This document shows, piece after piece, positions 35,885 through 46,043 of a stretch of 64,000 nucleotides of DNA; position 1 is the stretch's first letter, and the number at the start of each line of letters is the position of its first letter. Source of the stretch: Candidatus Phycocordibacter aenigmaticus. Lineage in GTDB: Bacteria > Patescibacteriota > Minisyncoccia > Phycocordibacterales > Phycocordibacteraceae. Both the position numbers and the translations under genes were made by a program. The notes beneath the pieces are model-generated. The model searched no databases and was not told the DNA's origin. It saw nothing but the letters and a program-made list of their open reading frames with translations. The stretch is taken from assembly GCA_045401115.1 (NCBI GenBank), contig CP174359.1:419247-483246 (forward strand), read 5' to 3'.

Positions 35885-36182
35885 GTATCATGTCACTGCA
35901 CAAGTTTGGATATACCCAGGGAAGCAGGCGCAATGGTATTTTATTACCATACCTAAAAAAGAAAGTTCTGAGATAAAAAAATCTTACGGGCATGTTGCAC
36001 GTGGGTGGAGGTCACTGCCGGTGTGTGTGACGATAGGGCAGACAGAATGGCGTACCTCAGTGTTTCCTGACTCTCATTCAGGTTCATATTTACTTCCTCT
36101 TAAAGCTGCAGTGCGTCGAGCAGAGGCGATAGAAAGTGGGGACTCTGTTCGGTGCAGTCTTAGTATTTTATTAGATGTATAA
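35859..36182 (+). CDS. DUF1905-like small protein
   Basis: WIYPGKQAQWYFITIP...GW.SLPVCVTIGQTEWRTSVFPD..GSYLLPLKAAVRRAEAIESGDSV matches DUF1905 pattern; ORF-track start at 35739 is an upstream extension without ATG context. Confidence 0.4.
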   Translation: MKKISQKNKYHVTAQVWIYPGKQAQWYFITIPKKESSEIKKSYGHVARGWRSLPVCVTIGQTEWRTSVFPDSHSGSYLLPLKAAVRRAEAIESGDSVRCSLSILLDV

Positions 36183-36258
36183 ATTACTTCAGAACATCCT
36201 ACTGTAGACTTTCGCTGCTTTTGGGGAGTTTCTATAAAGATTGTCTTTGTTATACTAG

Positions 36259-36744
36259 ATGTATATGAAAAAAGCATTACCTTGGGTTATCGGTATTATT
36301 ATTGTAATGGGCGGTCTTTTATATTGGTCGGCATCGTTTCAATCCAACGCGCAACTTCAATTTGTAAATGAATCAGATGTGGCATGTCTACCAAATGGTC
36401 ACCAACAGATCGCGGTACACATTCACCCTATTTTATCGATTACAGTTGATGGTATGGCTGAAACAATACCAGCAAATATTGGTATAACACGCAATTGTAT
36501 GGCTGAGGTACATACACACGACTCTAGTGGAACGCTACATATAGAAACAGCTGATGCGTCTCGTCTATCAGAACTTTCTTTCTCTCACTTTTTTGATATG
36601 TGGGAACAACCAATTGAGCGCGAAGGATATCAACTAACCATTAAGGTAGATGGTGTAGAAGTAGATTCGGTAGATAATGTTCCACTGCGTGACCAAGCAA
36701 AGATTGAACTCATCTATACTTCTGAGTCTCAAGAAAGTGCGTAA
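36259..36744 (+). CDS. membrane-anchored extracytoplasmic protein with His-rich motifs (HIHPILSI, HTHDSSGTLHIE), possible metal-binding
   Basis: N-terminal TM/signal anchor; conserved His clusters; no firm family assignment. Confidence 0.4.
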   Translation: MYMKKALPWVIGIIIVMGGLLYWSASFQSNAQLQFVNESDVACLPNGHQQIAVHIHPILSITVDGMAETIPANIGITRNCMAEVHTHDSSGTLHIETADASRLSELSFSHFFDMWEQPIEREGYQLTIKVDGVEVDSVDNVPLRDQAKIELIYTSESQESA

Positions 36745-36789
36745 CCATACATACAGAACGTTGCTACTGTCGTATACTGTTTGTAAGGT

Positions 36790-37812
36790 ATGTTCTATGC
36801 TTCTGTGCTTGCGTTATTGTTTACTGCCCTCACGGTGTTTGGTTGGGGGTTATCAGTCGAGGCGTTTATTAACGATTCTGAAATTGTAGAAATAAATGAA
36901 CCAGGTCCTGACGCACCTCCTCCAGAAAATACAGTCCAAGTAGGTGTTGATACTACAAATAATTCATCACTAAACAATTCTGAAGAAGGTGACGACAGTG
37001 GCAATGAAACACTCTCGTTGGATAATAGTGGTGCAACCACCACTATTACGTTCAGTGAAGATACACAAGAGCAGGAGAACGATACAAGCACTCAGACTTC
37101 AGTGACTACTGAAGTGTCGATAACCACAGAAACTGAGACATCCGCGTCTGGTGACGCTTCTTCTGGTGGCTCAGGAGGGACAACTAGCACTACTGAAACG
37201 ACGGTTTCCGACCCAGCGTCTGTCATTGCTTCGTTGATTGGTTCAGGCGCTGTACTGTTTTTAGGAGGAGGATCAGTGGAAGGCGGTAGTGGTAATAACG
37301 GAACATTTACAGACAGCACAGTGCGTATTGATGCCGCTCGTGCTCGTGCGTCTTTTAAAGTGCAACGTATCACACAATTATCTCTATCAGGTGTTGAAGC
37401 GGTTATACGTGGGCGAGAAGGGAACGTGACACAACGTTTCAATGAGAATGATTTTGCATTATTTGTTTCGTCAAAACTCCTTCAAGATGAGTATATTGAT
37501 GATGTTGCGTTAACGGGACACACGGTGGACATTGAATATCGTGCATTAGGTCGTTTATTCGGTATATTTCCTTTACGTTATGTAATGAACGTGAGTGTTG
37601 ACTTTAACGATGCAGACAGCGTGCTAGTTGATATTCGTTTCCCTTGGTATAAATTTTTCCTTGCATCCGGTGTTTCTTCTACTGAACTTGAACGTGTACT
37701 TATCGCTGAAGTAAAAAATAACATTTCATTACAGAGTGAAGATGTATTTGGTGTAGCAACACAAGTGTTCGCTGCAGTAATTGAAACACTCCAGACGTAT
37801 TTAGATGTGTAA
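36790..37812 (+). CDS. secreted/anchored Ser/Thr/Gly-rich hypothetical protein
   Basis: N-terminal TM, long low-complexity T/S/E/G-rich linker, structured C-terminal ~170 aa. Confidence 0.4.
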   Translation: MFYASVLALLFTALTVFGWGLSVEAFINDSEIVEINEPGPDAPPPENTVQVGVDTTNNSSLNNSEEGDDSGNETLSLDNSGATTTITFSEDTQEQENDTSTQTSVTTEVSITTETETSASGDASSGGSGGTTSTTETTVSDPASVIASLIGSGAVLFLGGGSVEGGSGNNGTFTDSTVRIDAARARASFKVQRITQLSLSGVEAVIRGREGNVTQRFNENDFALFVSSKLLQDEYIDDVALTGHTVDIEYRALGRLFGIFPLRYVMNVSVDFNDADSVLVDIRFPWYKFFLASGVSSTELERVLIAEVKNNISLQSEDVFGVATQVFAAVIETLQTYLDV

Positions 37813-37870
37813 ACACCTTCATAATACAATCATCTGTGAGGTAATAAATAATAAGCTATACTAAAAAAGA

Positions 37871-38377
37871 ATGAAGTATATCAAGCAAGGAGGTCTCTAT
37901 TCTGTTGGATTTCTCGTGGTGGTAGTACTTGGATTAGTTGTGTTGTGGTTTTTAACTACTCAACAACAAAATAATTCTCCTATACAGCACGTCGTTCAAG
38001 GTGTTTCAGTGAGCGGTAGTCTTATTGAATTACTTGAGGAAGGGGGTAATCGTCATTGTTCTTTTGTACAGGCACAAAGTAATAGCGAGATACAAGGATC
38101 GGTATATATTGATAATTCGCGCGCTCGCGCCAATTTTATTAGCGTAGAAGACGGGCTTACGCTCACAGTGCATCTTATTGTACGTGATGGGACGTTGTAT
38201 GTGTGGTCGCCAATGGCTCCAATAGGAGTGCAAACAGATTATAATCTCGCAGATATTCAAGCAGACTCAGCTCGGTATGGTAACGCGCTTCAAGTATATG
38301 AATATACGTGTGAACCGTGGGATGCTGTAGATGAATTTTTTGCACTCCCAACAGAGATTGAATTTACTGGTGAATAA
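37871..38377 (+). CDS. membrane-anchored hypothetical protein
   Basis: N-terminal TM then ~140-aa beta-rich domain. Confidence 0.4.
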   Translation: MKYIKQGGLYSVGFLVVVVLGLVVLWFLTTQQQNNSPIQHVVQGVSVSGSLIELLEEGGNRHCSFVQAQSNSEIQGSVYIDNSRARANFISVEDGLTLTVHLIVRDGTLYVWSPMAPIGVQTDYNLADIQADSARYGNALQVYEYTCEPWDAVDEFFALPTEIEFTGE

Positions 38378-38379
38378 AT

Positions 38380-38970
38380 ATGAAATACGGTATCCGAAGA
38401 GAATTTTTCAGTATTGGAGCAGCAAGTGTACTCCTTGCCGGTTTCTTCGTATGGGTCCCAGTCATTCAAGAGTCAACAATGGTGCGTTTTTTTACCAGTG
38501 TAGATTCATTTGAATCATGTGTGGATGCGGGGTATGCAGTCCTTGAATCTCATCCGCGTCAGTGTCGGGACGGTTCGGGAACTGTTTTTATGGAAAACAC
38601 ATTTCCAAACACACGTTCCACTACATACACCAATACGAGCAAGAACGATATTATGCTCGATCACATAAATAAAAAGAATAATAATGTTACCTCTCCACTT
38701 ATTTTTACTGGAAAAGCTCACACTTCATGGTTTTATGAAGGAAGTTTTCCGGTGACAGTTACGAATTGGGATGGACGTATTATTGCGAAAGGTGAAGCGC
38801 AGGCAACACGGGACTGGAAGACAAATACACTTGTTCCATTTGAAGCAACACTGACGTTTACTATCCCAGCTTATAATCTCCACGGAACACTTCTGCTTCA
38901 TAAAGCAAACCCTTCGGGGGTTGCGGAATCCGATGCTGTGTTTAGCATGCCAGTGGTATTTTATAAATAA
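38380..38970 (+). CDS. membrane-anchored hypothetical protein
   Basis: N-terminal TM; starts 3 nt after preceding stop (operon). Confidence 0.4.
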   Translation: MKYGIRREFFSIGAASVLLAGFFVWVPVIQESTMVRFFTSVDSFESCVDAGYAVLESHPRQCRDGSGTVFMENTFPNTRSTTYTNTSKNDIMLDHINKKNNNVTSPLIFTGKAHTSWFYEGSFPVTVTNWDGRIIAKGEAQATRDWKTNTLVPFEATLTFTIPAYNLHGTLLLHKANPSGVAESDAVFSMPVVFYK

Positions 38971-39039
38971 TATTATATATAGTTACACTGGTAATTCGCC
39001 ACGATAAAAATGGTGTAGTATAAAAATTATAGCTCTAGT

Positions 39040-39243
39040 ATGCGCCAAGGTATTAAAAATAGTGTTTATACGTATCGCGAAAAAAGCAGGTACACACAAG
39101 TAGCTCTTGCTGATGCAGTGGGTGTAACCAGACAAACTATTATTGCCCTTGAAAAGGGGAATTACACCCCCTCAGTCGCATTGGCGCTTAAACTGGCTTC
39201 TGTATTTGACTGTTGTGTTGAAGATTTATTTACCTTACTGTGA
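39040..39243 (+). CDS. XRE-family helix-turn-helix transcriptional regulator
   Basis: HTH_XRE consensus YTQVALADAVGVTRQTIIALEKGNYTPSVALALKLASVF. Confidence 0.7.
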   Translation: MRQGIKNSVYTYREKSRYTQVALADAVGVTRQTIIALEKGNYTPSVALALKLASVFDCCVEDLFTLL

Positions 39244-39593
39244 TATATATGCGAAATTTTGTTTTTGTTTCTAGTGTTTTTGTGCTCCTCTTACTTTTAT
39301 TAATTAATCCACTTGACTGGTGGATGCCACAGGAAATTGTGTATCTCGCTGTGGCGCTCCTTGCGGTTGTTGCGGCAATTTTTGCCGGAATGATATTCGG
39401 TGAACAGGCACGAGATGAGCGCGAGGAAACGCTGCGAGCGCGAGCAGCGCGTGCGGGGTATCTCGTTGGTGTGTTCGTCCTTACATTGGCAATAGCGGTA
39501 ACAGTGTTACGTGGAGACTATATTGATATATGGATTCCCATAACACTCATAAGTATGGTGTTAGTACGGGTGTTTGTACGGTGTCTTCCATAG
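39240..39593 (+). CDS. small multi-TM membrane protein co-transcribed with XRE regulator
   Basis: Start overlaps XRE stop (ATGA); 3 hydrophobic helices. Confidence 0.45.
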   Translation: MIYMRNFVFVSSVFVLLLLLLINPLDWWMPQEIVYLAVALLAVVAAIFAGMIFGEQARDEREETLRARAARAGYLVGVFVLTLAIAVTVLRGDYIDIWIPITLISMVLVRVFVRCLP

Positions 39594-39662
39594 GTGTGTG
39601 ATTTTCGTTTTATTTTGAAATAGGGCAGAACATGACATTAAAACACCTGATATGATGGAGTT

Positions 39663-40184
39663 ATGTTAAAAACAGGGAAAGATTGGTTTGCGCTTATTAT
39701 TTCACTTCTTATTCCTCATGCAGCCGGAGCGTTAGGATCACTTTTTACTATTAGTGCTATACCACTTTGGTATAGCACGCTGACACTCCCTGCTTTTGCT
39801 CCTCCGTCGTGGGTTTTTGGTCCGGCATGGACCGCACTTTACACTTTAATGGGAATTGCGCTCTTTTTAGTATGGCGTACACGTGGGGCGCGTACGTTAC
39901 ATGCACCAAAAGAGGAAACCAGAGCGCGCGGTCGTGCACGAACGATAGGTCTGTACCTGTTTGGTGTCCAGATGGTGCTTAATTTACTCTGGTCTATTAT
40001 CTTTTTTGGTATGCAAAGCCCGGTTGCTGCATTAGTAGATATTATTCTCCTCGATATCTTTGTTGCGCTCACTATTGTGTATTTTTATCGCGCGCGTCCG
40101 AGCGCTGCAGTGTTATTACTTCCGTACATAGCATGGATACTTTTTGCCACTGCACTTAATCTCGGTATTGTTATTTTGAACTAA
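39663..40184 (+). CDS. tspO: TspO/MBR family tryptophan-rich sensory protein (with ~25-aa Arg-rich insertion)
   Basis: WYSTLTLPAFAPPSWVFGPAWTALYTLMGIALFLVW and LLWSIIFFG motifs; insertion RTRGARTLHAPKEETRARGRARTIG in a loop. Confidence 0.65.
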   Translation: MLKTGKDWFALIISLLIPHAAGALGSLFTISAIPLWYSTLTLPAFAPPSWVFGPAWTALYTLMGIALFLVWRTRGARTLHAPKEETRARGRARTIGLYLFGVQMVLNLLWSIIFFGMQSPVAALVDIILLDIFVALTIVYFYRARPSAAVLLLPYIAWILFATALNLGIVILN

Positions 40185-40260
40185 CACCAAATATGTACCC
40201 AAAAAGTGAGTGAGTATGTGGGCATACTATTAAAAATAAGTACGATATACTAAATGGACT

Positions 40261-41259
40261 ATGCAAACATTACATGAAACTGTTGCTGCGCTTATGCAGC
40301 AAGGAAAAGGTATTCTTGCGGCAGATGAAAGCAATAGCACTGCTACAAAACGTTTAGAAGCGGTTCATGTTGAACCAACAGAAGAAAATAGACGGCGGTA
40401 TCGTGAGGTGTTGCTTACGACACCTGGTGCGGAATCATATCTTTCAGGTGTCATTCTTTATGATGAGACGATCCGACAATCACTTTCGGACGGAACCCCA
40501 TTTCCTCAATACCTGACCGGGAAAGATATTATCCCAGGTATTAAAGTTGACCTTGGTCTTGAAGAGGTTCCTGGCGGGCAGGTGACTAATGGTCTTGAGG
40601 GGCTTGCTGAGCGTCTTCAAGAATATAAGTCGTTCGGTGCTCGTTTTACTAAATGGCGTGCGGTTGCGCGTGTTGGTGATGGATATGGTGATCCAGTTAT
40701 AAAAGAAAACGCGAAGCGTATGGCATCATATGCGCGGATATGTCAGGACGCTGGTTTTGTACCTATTGTAGAGCCTGAAGTGCTTCGTGATGGTACACAT
40801 TCTGCAGAAGACGCAGAAGGCGCAATTATTGAGACAGTAGCGATTGTTTTTGATGCGCTTAAAGGGGAGGGTGTTGATCTTTCTGGGGTTATTTTAAAGA
40901 CGAGTATGGCAATTTCCGGTAGCGGTGCGGAAACACAAGCGGAACCTGAAGAGGTAGCCGAGCGTACTGTGCGTGCGCTTACTACTTCAACTCCTGAGGA
41001 GTGCGGTGGTGTAGTATTTCTTTCTGGCGGACAAAGTCCTGAAGCGGCGACTGCCAACTTAAATGCAATCGCTCGATTAGAGCCGCATCCATGGCCAATT
41101 ACTTTCTCATTTGCACGTGCGCTACAGGAACCAGCACTTGATATATGGCGCGGTCAGGATGAGAACAAAGACGAGGCACAAGCAGCCTTGCTCTATCGTC
41201 TATCACTGAATGTGTCTGCAGATGCCGGCGGTTATGGAGAGGGGATGGAAAAACTTTAA
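40261..41259 (+). CDS. fba: fructose-bisphosphate aldolase class I
   Basis: GKGILAADESNSTATKRL, Schiff-base Lys region (VILKTSMA), 332 aa. Confidence 0.8.
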   Translation: MQTLHETVAALMQQGKGILAADESNSTATKRLEAVHVEPTEENRRRYREVLLTTPGAESYLSGVILYDETIRQSLSDGTPFPQYLTGKDIIPGIKVDLGLEEVPGGQVTNGLEGLAERLQEYKSFGARFTKWRAVARVGDGYGDPVIKENAKRMASYARICQDAGFVPIVEPEVLRDGTHSAEDAEGAIIETVAIVFDALKGEGVDLSGVILKTSMAISGSGAETQAEPEEVAERTVRALTTSTPEECGGVVFLSGGQSPEAATANLNAIARLEPHPWPITFSFARALQEPALDIWRGQDENKDEAQAALLYRLSLNVSADAGGYGEGMEKL

Positions 41260-41619
41260 ATTCTTTTCTGTTTTTTCAATTACTCACTTTCTATAATCTA
41301 TAATTATGATGATAAATAAGGAAGTAATTTTCCTGAAATAACACATGTTTGTAGGCTCTATTGAGAGTGTCACAAAACGTTGATTGACCCCATGCGTTTT
41401 TTGTTTCTTTCTGAGGATAAAACTCCGAAATCCACACCCATGAGTAAGGACAGGATCAATGTGCGTACGCTAGAATGGTACTCCAGAGACAGATGCAATG
41501 TGTAATTGAAATAATCCCTTCGGTTTCATTTCAATGGATTCAAAAATACCCATTCCAAAGCATTCTGATTTATCTTTAGTAACATAATAATCCGTGATCA
41601 CGGTATAACTGCAAACCCC

Positions 41620-44508
41620 ATGTCAGTAACTCAAAAACTTAAAAAAAGAAACGGTGCTATTGTCGACTTTGATCAAGAAAAAGTTGCACTTGCGGCACAA
41701 AAGGCATTTTTAGACGTTCTTAAGGACCCTCACACTGATGAGGCAAAAGAAATTGCTGAATTAGTTGCACGATCACTTAATGAAAATTACGGTGACACTG
41801 CTCAAGTCCCTAGCGTTGAAGAGGTGCAGGATCTTGTTGAGCGCTCATTGGCTGAGCGTGGTTACTTTGATGTGGCAAAGAGTTATATTATTTATCGGTA
41901 TGAGCACTCGAAGATTCGAGAAGAAGAAAAGAAACATGTAGAAGAAAAAATTGATTCACAGTCACTTCTTATCGAGACAGGTACGGGTGAACGTGCTGTG
42001 TTTTCTCCTGATCGTATCCGCAGTGTTATCACCGCACTTCTTTCTGAAAAAGAAATTGCTGATATCAATGTTGAAAGTATACTCAATCAGTTAAAACAGG
42101 AGGTATATGACGGCATCAGTACAAAAGAGATCTCTCGCCTCCTTACGTCAGTAGTACGTTCAATGATTGAACGTGATCCTATGTATGACGCGCTTGCTGC
42201 GCGTTTATTGTTGCGTGATATTTACGCTGATGTAATGAATTCAAACAGTCTTCCCGATGACGTAACTGACCCTGCGTTTGAAGAAGCATATCGTAAAGCG
42301 TTTGTTGCGAATATTAAGCAGGGGGTTGAGACAAAACAATATGACCCCGTGCTTCTTGATTTTGACCTTGAAGCACTTGCACAAAAACTTGAACCAACAC
42401 GTGATCGTACCCTTCGTTATCTTGGAATTCAAACACTCAATGACCGTTATTTTGTAAAAGAAAAATCAGGAGGGCGACTTATTGAGACCCCGCAGTTCCT
42501 CTTTATGCGTGTTGCGATGGGGCTTGCTCGAGAGGAATCAGATAAAGAGGGTCAGGTAGAACGCTTCTATACCATTATGAGTCAGTTGCGTTTTGTACCA
42601 TCAACTCCAACATTATTCCATGCTGGAACACCGCATGCACAGCTTTCAAGTTGTTACCTCAATACGGTTGAAGACGACCTTGATCATATCTTTAAAGTGT
42701 ATTCAGATAATGCCAACCTTTCAAAATGGGCTGGTGGAATCGGCACTGACTGGAGCAACATCCGTGCAACCGGTGCAATGATTAAGAAAGCAGGATTCGG
42801 TTCGCAAGGAGTGGTGCCATTCCTAAAAATTGCTAATGATGTCACCGTTGCCATCAACCGATCAGGGCGTCGTCGTGGCGCAACCGCGGTATATCTTGAG
42901 TCATGGCACTATGACGTGGAAGATTTTCTTGAACTCCGTAAGAATACTGGAGACGAGCGAAGACGTACCCATGACATTAATACAGTGAACTGGATTCCCG
43001 ACCTTTTTATGAAGCGTGTGCGCAGTGGGGAAGACTGGACACTGTTCTCACCAGATGAGGTTCCTGAACTTCACCATGTATATGGTAAAAAGTTTGAAGA
43101 AGCGTATCTGAAGTATGAACAGATGGCTGAAGAAGGGAAAATTAACGTACATCGAAAAGTAAAAGCAACGAACCTTTGGAAGAAGATGCTTGGCATGCTC
43201 TTTGAAACAGGACACCCGTGGGTTACGTTCAAAGACCCATCTAATATTCGTTCTCCACAAGACCATGTTGGTGTGGTGCATAATTCAAACCTATGTACTG
43301 AAATCACACTTAATACGTCTCGTGAAGAAACCGCGGTATGTAACTTAGGTTCAGTGAATCTTGGTCGACATATTACCGGTGAAGGTCTTGATCGTGAAAA
43401 GATAAAAGAGACAGTCAGTATTGCGATGCGCATGCTCGACAATGTTATCGATATTAACTTCTATCCAACAAAAGAAGCAAAAGTCTCAAACCTAAAACAT
43501 CGCCCGGTAGGTCTCGGTGTTATGGGATTCCAAGATGCGCTTTATCAATTAGATATTGATTTTGCGAGTGAACGCTGTGTTGGTTTTGCTGACGAGAGTA
43601 TGGAGGTTATTAGTTACTACACCATCCTTGCATCAGTGTCGCTTGCGAAAGAGCGCGGAACTTACGAAACCTTTGCGGGCAGTAAATGGGATCGCGGCCT
43701 GTTACCAATTGATACGATTGACCTTTTGGAAGAAGAGCGCGGTGAAGCAATTGAAGTGTCTCGCAACACTACCTTAGATTGGGATGTTGTACGTAGTGCT
43801 ATTAAAGAGTATGGAATGCGTAACTCAAACTGTATGGCTATTGCACCGACTGCAACTATCTCTAATATTGCGGGTACGACACCAACTATCGAACCGATTT
43901 ACAAGAACATTTTTGTTGAGTCAAACATTAGCGGTGACTTTACCGTAGTAAATCCGTACCTGGTACGTGACTTGAAAGAACATGGTCTTTGGAACGAATC
44001 AATGCTGAACGAGTTGAAATATCGTGACGGATCAGTAGCTGATATTGCGAGTGTTCCAGATGTACTCAAGAATAAATATAAAGAGGTGTTCGAGATTGAT
44101 ATGCGATGGTTAGTGCGCGCTGCGGCATATCGCGGTAAGTGGATTGACCAATCACAATCACTTAATATCTTCTTTAGTGGTTCCTCTGGTAAAGACCTCT
44201 CTGAAATTTATTTCTATGCGTGGAAAATGGGACTTAAGACCACGTATTACCTTCGTTCACTTGCTGCTACACAGGTAGAGAAATCAACAGTATCAACTAA
44301 GGATTTCGGCTCAACACATCAACGTGGCGCTACACGAAAAACAGACGCAATGAGTGTTGAACAATCTACCGCTTCTGCACCTGAGAAGACACCAATACCA
44401 ACACCAGCGCCCGTGGCACAAGCAGCTCCAGTAGCACAAGCACAACATAATACACCACCGGTCACGCTGCATCGCGCGCCGGAAGCATTGTGTGAAGCAT
44501 GCGAGTAA
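41620..44508 (+). CDS. nrdA: ribonucleoside-diphosphate reductase class I alpha subunit (ATP-cone + catalytic barrel)
   Basis: N-terminal ATP-cone (KRNGAIVDFDQEKV), active-site NLCTEI, C-terminal tail with CEACE redox Cys pair; followed by nrdB. Confidence 0.85.
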   Translation: MSVTQKLKKRNGAIVDFDQEKVALAAQKAFLDVLKDPHTDEAKEIAELVARSLNENYGDTAQVPSVEEVQDLVERSLAERGYFDVAKSYIIYRYEHSKIREEEKKHVEEKIDSQSLLIETGTGERAVFSPDRIRSVITALLSEKEIADINVESILNQLKQEVYDGISTKEISRLLTSVVRSMIERDPMYDALAARLLLRDIYADVMNSNSLPDDVTDPAFEEAYRKAFVANIKQGVETKQYDPVLLDFDLEALAQKLEPTRDRTLRYLGIQTLNDRYFVKEKSGGRLIETPQFLFMRVAMGLAREESDKEGQVERFYTIMSQLRFVPSTPTLFHAGTPHAQLSSCYLNTVEDDLDHIFKVYSDNANLSKWAGGIGTDWSNIRATGAMIKKAGFGSQGVVPFLKIANDVTVAINRSGRRRGATAVYLESWHYDVEDFLELRKNTGDERRRTHDINTVNWIPDLFMKRVRSGEDWTLFSPDEVPELHHVYGKKFEEAYLKYEQMAEEGKINVHRKVKATNLWKKMLGMLFETGHPWVTFKDPSNIRSPQDHVGVVHNSNLCTEITLNTSREETAVCNLGSVNLGRHITGEGLDREKIKETVSIAMRMLDNVIDINFYPTKEAKVSNLKHRPVGLGVMGFQDALYQLDIDFASERCVGFADESMEVISYYTILASVSLAKERGTYETFAGSKWDRGLLPIDTIDLLEEERGEAIEVSRNTTLDWDVVRSAIKEYGMRNSNCMAIAPTATISNIAGTTPTIEPIYKNIFVESNISGDFTVVNPYLVRDLKEHGLWNESMLNELKYRDGSVADIASVPDVLKNKYKEVFEIDMRWLVRAAAYRGKWIDQSQSLNIFFSGSSGKDLSEIYFYAWKMGLKTTYYLRSLAATQVEKSTVSTKDFGSTHQRGATRKTDAMSVEQSTASAPEKTPIPTPAPVAQAAPVAQAQHNTPPVTLHRAPEALCEACE

Positions 44509-44538
44509 TTAATAACCTACCTAAACGATATAGAACCT

Positions 44539-45573
44539 ATGGCAATTAAAAAAGGAGCATCTCCTGTCAGTGTTAACGACCGACGAATTATTAATGGGAA
44601 AGAAGCTGATGTCATTCAGCTCTATCCTATGAAGCACACGTTTGCGTGGGAATACTACAATAGTGCAAACGCAAACCACTGGCTACCAACAGAGATATCA
44701 ATGCAGTCGGACATTGAGCAATGGAAAAGTCCTACTGCCCTCAGCGCAGATGAGCGCAGTGCGTTTGAAACAGTGCTCGGGTTCTTCACTACTGCAGACT
44801 CAATTGCTGCGAATAATATCGTGATGGCTTTTTATGGGCACGTCACCAGTCCTGAAATTCGCATGTATTTACTGCGTCAGGCGTACGAAGAAGCAATTCA
44901 TACCCATGCCTACCAGTACATTGTCGAATCGCTTGGTATGGATGAATCAAAAATATTTAACATGTACCGCGAGGTAGATGCTATTTACGACAAAGATGAA
45001 TTCATCCTCGGCTTCAACGAAGGTATTTTCGATGGTTCATTTAAAACTGGTACGTTCGAGGCTGATCAGAAATTCCTTGAAAACTGGTGTGTGTTCTCAC
45101 TTATCTTAGAAGGTATCTTCTTCTACTCATCGTTTGCTGTGGTGCTCGGGTTCAAGCGTCAAAATAAGCTGACTGGTTCTGCTGAACAAATTGAGTACAT
45201 CATGCGTGATGAATCAATGCACCTTAACTTCGGTATTGAAGTGATTAATGGCCTCAAGAAAGAGAACCCTGAGTTATGGACTCAAGAGTTCCAGGATCGT
45301 ATTACTGGATTGGTAGCTGAAGCAGCGAAATTGGAATATACGTATGCGCAAGAAGTCTTTCCTACCGGTATTTTTGGTTTGAACGCGGAAGGCTTTAGGC
45401 AGTATATTGAACATATTGCCGATAGGCGTCTTGAACGTGTTGGACTGCCGGCACAGTTTGGCTCACCGAATCCGTTCCCATGGATGTCAGAAGCTATTGA
45501 CCTGTCAAAGAAGAAGAACTTCTTTGAGACGCGGGTTACTGAATACAAAACTGGTGGTAGTTTAGATTGGTGA
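44539..45573 (+). CDS. nrdB: ribonucleoside-diphosphate reductase class I beta subunit (ferritin-like R2)
   Basis: Iron ligands EAIHTHAY, EGIFFYSSF, DESMHLNFG; Tyr radical site region. Confidence 0.85.
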   Translation: MAIKKGASPVSVNDRRIINGKEADVIQLYPMKHTFAWEYYNSANANHWLPTEISMQSDIEQWKSPTALSADERSAFETVLGFFTTADSIAANNIVMAFYGHVTSPEIRMYLLRQAYEEAIHTHAYQYIVESLGMDESKIFNMYREVDAIYDKDEFILGFNEGIFDGSFKTGTFEADQKFLENWCVFSLILEGIFFYSSFAVVLGFKRQNKLTGSAEQIEYIMRDESMHLNFGIEVINGLKKENPELWTQEFQDRITGLVAEAAKLEYTYAQEVFPTGIFGLNAEGFRQYIEHIADRRLERVGLPAQFGSPNPFPWMSEAIDLSKKKNFFETRVTEYKTGGSLDW

Positions 45574-45577
45574 ATTT

Positions 45578-45700
45578 AGGTTTCGATAAAAATCGCGAAT
45601 TACTGCGTTGTCTACGTCGTGCCGGCATTCGCCGTACCATTAGTACGTCTCATACCCGCACGCCTTGCCGTCTTGTACTTCATCGATTTTTATCGAAACC
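45578..45700. repeat. perfect 18-bp terminal inverted repeat (AGGTTTCGATAAAAATCG / CGATTTTTATCGAAACC) enclosing an 88-nt GC-richer core
   Basis: Arms at 45578-45595 and 45684-45700 read directly; core CGAATTACTGCGTTGTCTACGTCGTGCCGGCATTCGCCGTACC... Confidence 0.6.
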
Positions 45701-45725
45701 CAGGAGAATGCTATACTAGAAATAT

Positions 45726-45935
45726 ATGAATGAAGGAATTGAGGGGGTCAGTAATATTATAGAAGAGCATTGGGAATTAGCACTCGGTGTTTTAATAGTA
45801 GGAGGCGTCATCGGCGCTCTTGGTAGGCACTATGGTGCACGTATTTATGATGCGCTTACTTTTGCTGATTATGAAAAGGAGAAAGAAAACGCTACACAGA
45901 GAATTGTGGACATGGTGAGTTCAAGAAGGGATTAG
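45726..45935 (+). CDS. small hypothetical protein (69 aa, one TM)
   Basis: ORF with hydrophobic stretch LALGVLIVGGVIGALG; no homology recognised. Confidence 0.3.
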   Translation: MNEGIEGVSNIIEEHWELALGVLIVGGVIGALGRHYGARIYDALTFADYEKEKENATQRIVDMVSSRRD

Positions 45936-45974
45936 TTTACATCACGCCTCATTTAATACGTGGGAATAGATACG

Positions 45975-46006
45975 CAAAAACGGCTCATCAAGGTGAGCCG
46001 TTTTTG
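45975..46006. terminator. terminator hairpin of AAACGGCTCA..TGAGCCGTTT family (lies inside the ORF-track N-terminal extension of cysS)
   Basis: CAAAAACGGCTCATCAAGGTGAGCCGTTTTTG. Confidence 0.6.
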
Positions 46007-46043
46007 CGTATACCCACCACTATGCATTTGCTATACTTGCTAT

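Noticed and set aside
45960-46043. N-terminal extension of cysS (MGIDTQKRLIKVSRFCVYPPLCICYTCY)
   Set aside because: It contains a conserved terminator hairpin (45975..46006), so the true start is the Met at 46044.
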